Below, piece after piece: positions 60,876-64,000 of a DNA stretch of 64,000 nt. This stretch comes from Octopus vulgaris. Taxonomy: Eukaryota. The notes beneath the pieces are model-generated. The model made no database searches and was not told the origin of the DNA. It saw only the letters and a list, made by a program, of their open reading frames with translations. Positions within the stretch are counted from its first letter, which is position 1. Each line of letters begins with the position of its first letter. The stretch covers positions 27,156,001 through 27,220,000 of the forward strand of contig OX597835.1 in assembly GCA_951406725.2 (NCBI GenBank), in the 5' to 3' direction. A program made the position numbers and the translations under genes.

Positions 60876-61562
60876 GTAGGTTGGTAGGTAGGTGGGTAGG
60901 TAGGTAGGTAGGTAGGTAGGTAGGTAGGTAGGTAGGTAGGTAGGTAGGTAGGTAGGTAGGTAGGTAGGTAGGTAGGTAGGCAGACAGACAGATATAGATA
61001 TAGATACGAATATAAAATATGAGTAACAAAGATGTATAGGTACCAATCCTTTACAGCCATTTCAAGAGACTCCTTTAATTGAGTAATATAAACATTACAT
61101 CATTGCAAAGAAACCGTTTTCGTCAGATGACTGCATAGACTTCACACACAAAGGACAGACTAACTGCTTTAACATATTCGTATCACCAACGGAGCTCAAG
61201 TATTTACATTGATTCTGCTGTTATATCTTTGACAGAATGAGTTTAGAAAAATATTCAATGTAGTGTCGAACTTACTAGAATTCAGAGTTTATAGTGGCGG
61301 GGAGGAATAATTGAGACTAGTGACCTAGTTACCTATACTTCGAAGACAAAGGTGATGAATTAATTTCAGACAAAAGTGATAAATTAATTAATATCATGAC
61401 AACCTACTAGACTATCTAAGTACTGGAACATTATATACGGCTCTGTCTACTCTAAGGGGTAAGGCTTGGGCATTCCCCCTTCTTTAACACCCCAAATTAG
61501 ATCGACCTAAAAAGGTGTCTCAATTTAAGTACCTAATTCAACTGAATATTAACTATATTTTA

Positions 61563-61665
<103 letters not shown>

Positions 61666-61667
61666 CT

Positions 61668-62010
61668 CCTTTACTTGTTTCAGTCATTTGACTGCGGCCA
61701 TGCTGGAGCACCGCCTTTAGTCGAGCAAATCGACCCCAGGACTCATTCTTTGTAAGCCTAGTACTTATTCTATCGGTCTCTTTTGCCGAACCGCTAAGTT
61801 ACGGTGATGTAAACACACCAGCATCGGTTGTCAAGCGATGCTTGGGGCTGGGGGACAAACACAGACACACAAACACACACATATATATATGTATACGACG
61901 GGCTTCTTTCAGTTTCCACTCACAAGGCTATAGTAGAAGACACTTGCCCAAGCAGTGGGACTGAACCCGGAACTACGTGGTCGGTAAGCCAGCTACTTAC
62001 CACACAGCCT
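61668..62010 (-). mobile_element. SINE family B with small internal deletions
   Basis: Reverse complement of the consensus. Confidence 0.9.
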
Positions 62011-62343
62011 ACATATATATATATATATACAAACATATACAAATATATACAAATATATATAAGACGCTGTACATCTTATAACTTAATTCAGTTAAACGAG
62101 GCATTTTACCACTAAGAGTGCTCTGCGACTAATTGAGGTTGTTGGGAGTATGACTAATCCCCGTGTCAGAAATAAACAGCGAATAAATCAAATGAAGAAC
62201 ATCAGTAAATATTTACTTACAAATACGTGTGTATATAAACACAAACACACTTATTTATACATATATATATATACACACATAATATATATATATATATATA
62301 TTTATGTATATATTATATATGTATATATATATATATATGTATG

Positions 62344-62407
<64 letters not shown>

Positions 62408-62865
62408 TGTATATGTATGTATGTGTGTATGTATAGGGTTACGTTATATTTATTCTCCCGAGGCATCATTATAGTTTCGACAACTATATAATTTTCTCTG
62501 ATGTTGCGATGGTGATAAAGAAAAAAATTTAAGATTTGCGTACTGTAGAAGTACTATGAATAGCAGTTGGCCACGAGGGGTAAAATTTAATACGACCTGG
62601 GACGAACAAAGGCAAAGAAGCGAGTTATTTTTATACATAAATTTTTAAAAAACTGCCATAAAGAGTTAGTGTAAGTCTTCTAGGATACTCTTCAGGGATA
62701 TTATATTAACTGAGGGCACTTAAAATATCCAGGAGCTATATTAGGTGGTAACTGGACCCACAGGTATAATCCGTTTGTGCGTGTATATGTCTATATATAT
62801 ACACAGACATACATGTATATATACGCTTGTATGCACGTATATATATATATATACGTATATATATA

Positions 62866-62991
62866 TGTGTGTGCGCGTATCTATATACGTGTGTGTGCGT
62901 GTCTATATACGTGTGTGCGCGTATCTATATACGTGTGTGTGCGTGTCTATATACGTATGTGCGCGTATCTATATATGTGTCTGCGCGTGTC

Positions 62992-62996
<5 letters not shown>
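62866..62996. repeat. ~22-bp minisatellite gtgtgtgcg(c/t)gt(a)tctatatac
   Basis: About 6 copies read directly. Confidence 0.8.
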
Positions 62997-63022
<26 letters not shown>

Positions 63023-63512
63023 GCGTGTCTGAATATGTGTGTTTGCGTGTGTGTCTGTCCCTCTGTTTGTGTGTGTGTATATACATATAGAAATATGCAT
63101 ACATACACAAACATAAGTACATACATACACACGCATATACTTACATACATACATACATACATACTCACACATATACATACGCATACACATACATACACAC
63201 ACATACATACATATACATTAATTTATGTCTACTTACCTCATAGAATTGATCCTGGATATTTTTATAGCTTAAACTTCATAGATTTCCCAATGGCGCACGC
63301 TGCGGTTTCATTTGCAGCCTCATTAAGACTGAATTTTTTTTTCATTTATACGCAAAGTGCAAACACGTACGTACGTATGTACGTACGTGTGTACGTACGT
63401 AGTCTGTGTATGAGTGTGTGCGTATATATGTTATATAAATATATGCGTGTGTATAATATATATATTTATATATATATATTATGTATATTAGATATACGTA
63501 TTCATATATCTA

Positions 63513-63551
<39 letters not shown>

Positions 63552-63628
63552 GTATATCTAATATATGTATATCTATATACATATATACACAAACGCAAAC
63601 ATAATTGTGCATATTTGATATACGTATA

Positions 63629-63676
<48 letters not shown>

Positions 63677-63953
63677 GTTGACCTCGGCGGAATTTGAACT
63701 CAGAACGTAGCGGAAGACGAAATACCTATTTCTTTACTACCCACAAAGGGGATAAACACAGTGAGGACAAACAAGGACAGTCAAACGGATTAAGTCGATT
63801 ATATCGACCCAAGTGAGCAACTGGTACTAATTTAATCGTTCCCGAAAGGGATGAAAGGCAAAGTCGACCACGGCGGAATTTGAACGCAGAACGTAACGGC
63901 AGACGAAATATTTCTAAGCATTTCGCCCGGTGTGCTAACGTTTCTGCCAGCTC
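63677..63953 (-). mobile_element. SINE family A dimer (second unit truncated)
   Basis: Junction gaaatacctatttcttt at ~63719. Confidence 0.88.
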
Positions 63954-64000
63954 AGAAGCTTGAATTTTTTTAACAAAACAAAATATTATAACCTGAGATT

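Overview
Eukaryotic, AT-rich and saturated with microsatellites. Most likely a cephalopod (Octopus-like) intronic or intergenic region, inferred from the repeat landscape and SINE types, not from a database match. No intact protein-coding gene is visible, and almost all ORFs in the supplied track are translations of simple repeats. The window holds more than 30 tRNA-headed SINE copies in about 4 families. It also holds non-LTR relics (Tx1/L1, two R4/Dong-like REL elements, RTE), Penelope-like fragments with minimal hammerhead-ribozyme cores, a mariner relic, a MITE with an 8-bp TSD, several foldbacks and minisatellites. Host-like signals are a probable class-A GPCR relic and a few isolated minus-strand exon candidates. 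Main themes: (i) different retroelement clades sit in different microsatellite types (Tx1 in GATA, REL in CATA, Penelope-like in TA); (ii) a TAGAAATAGCAGC motif is shared by apparently unrelated repeats and hairpins; (iii) SINE multimers share one fixed, self-complementary junction. Repeat boundaries are approximate unless a TSD or TIR is given.
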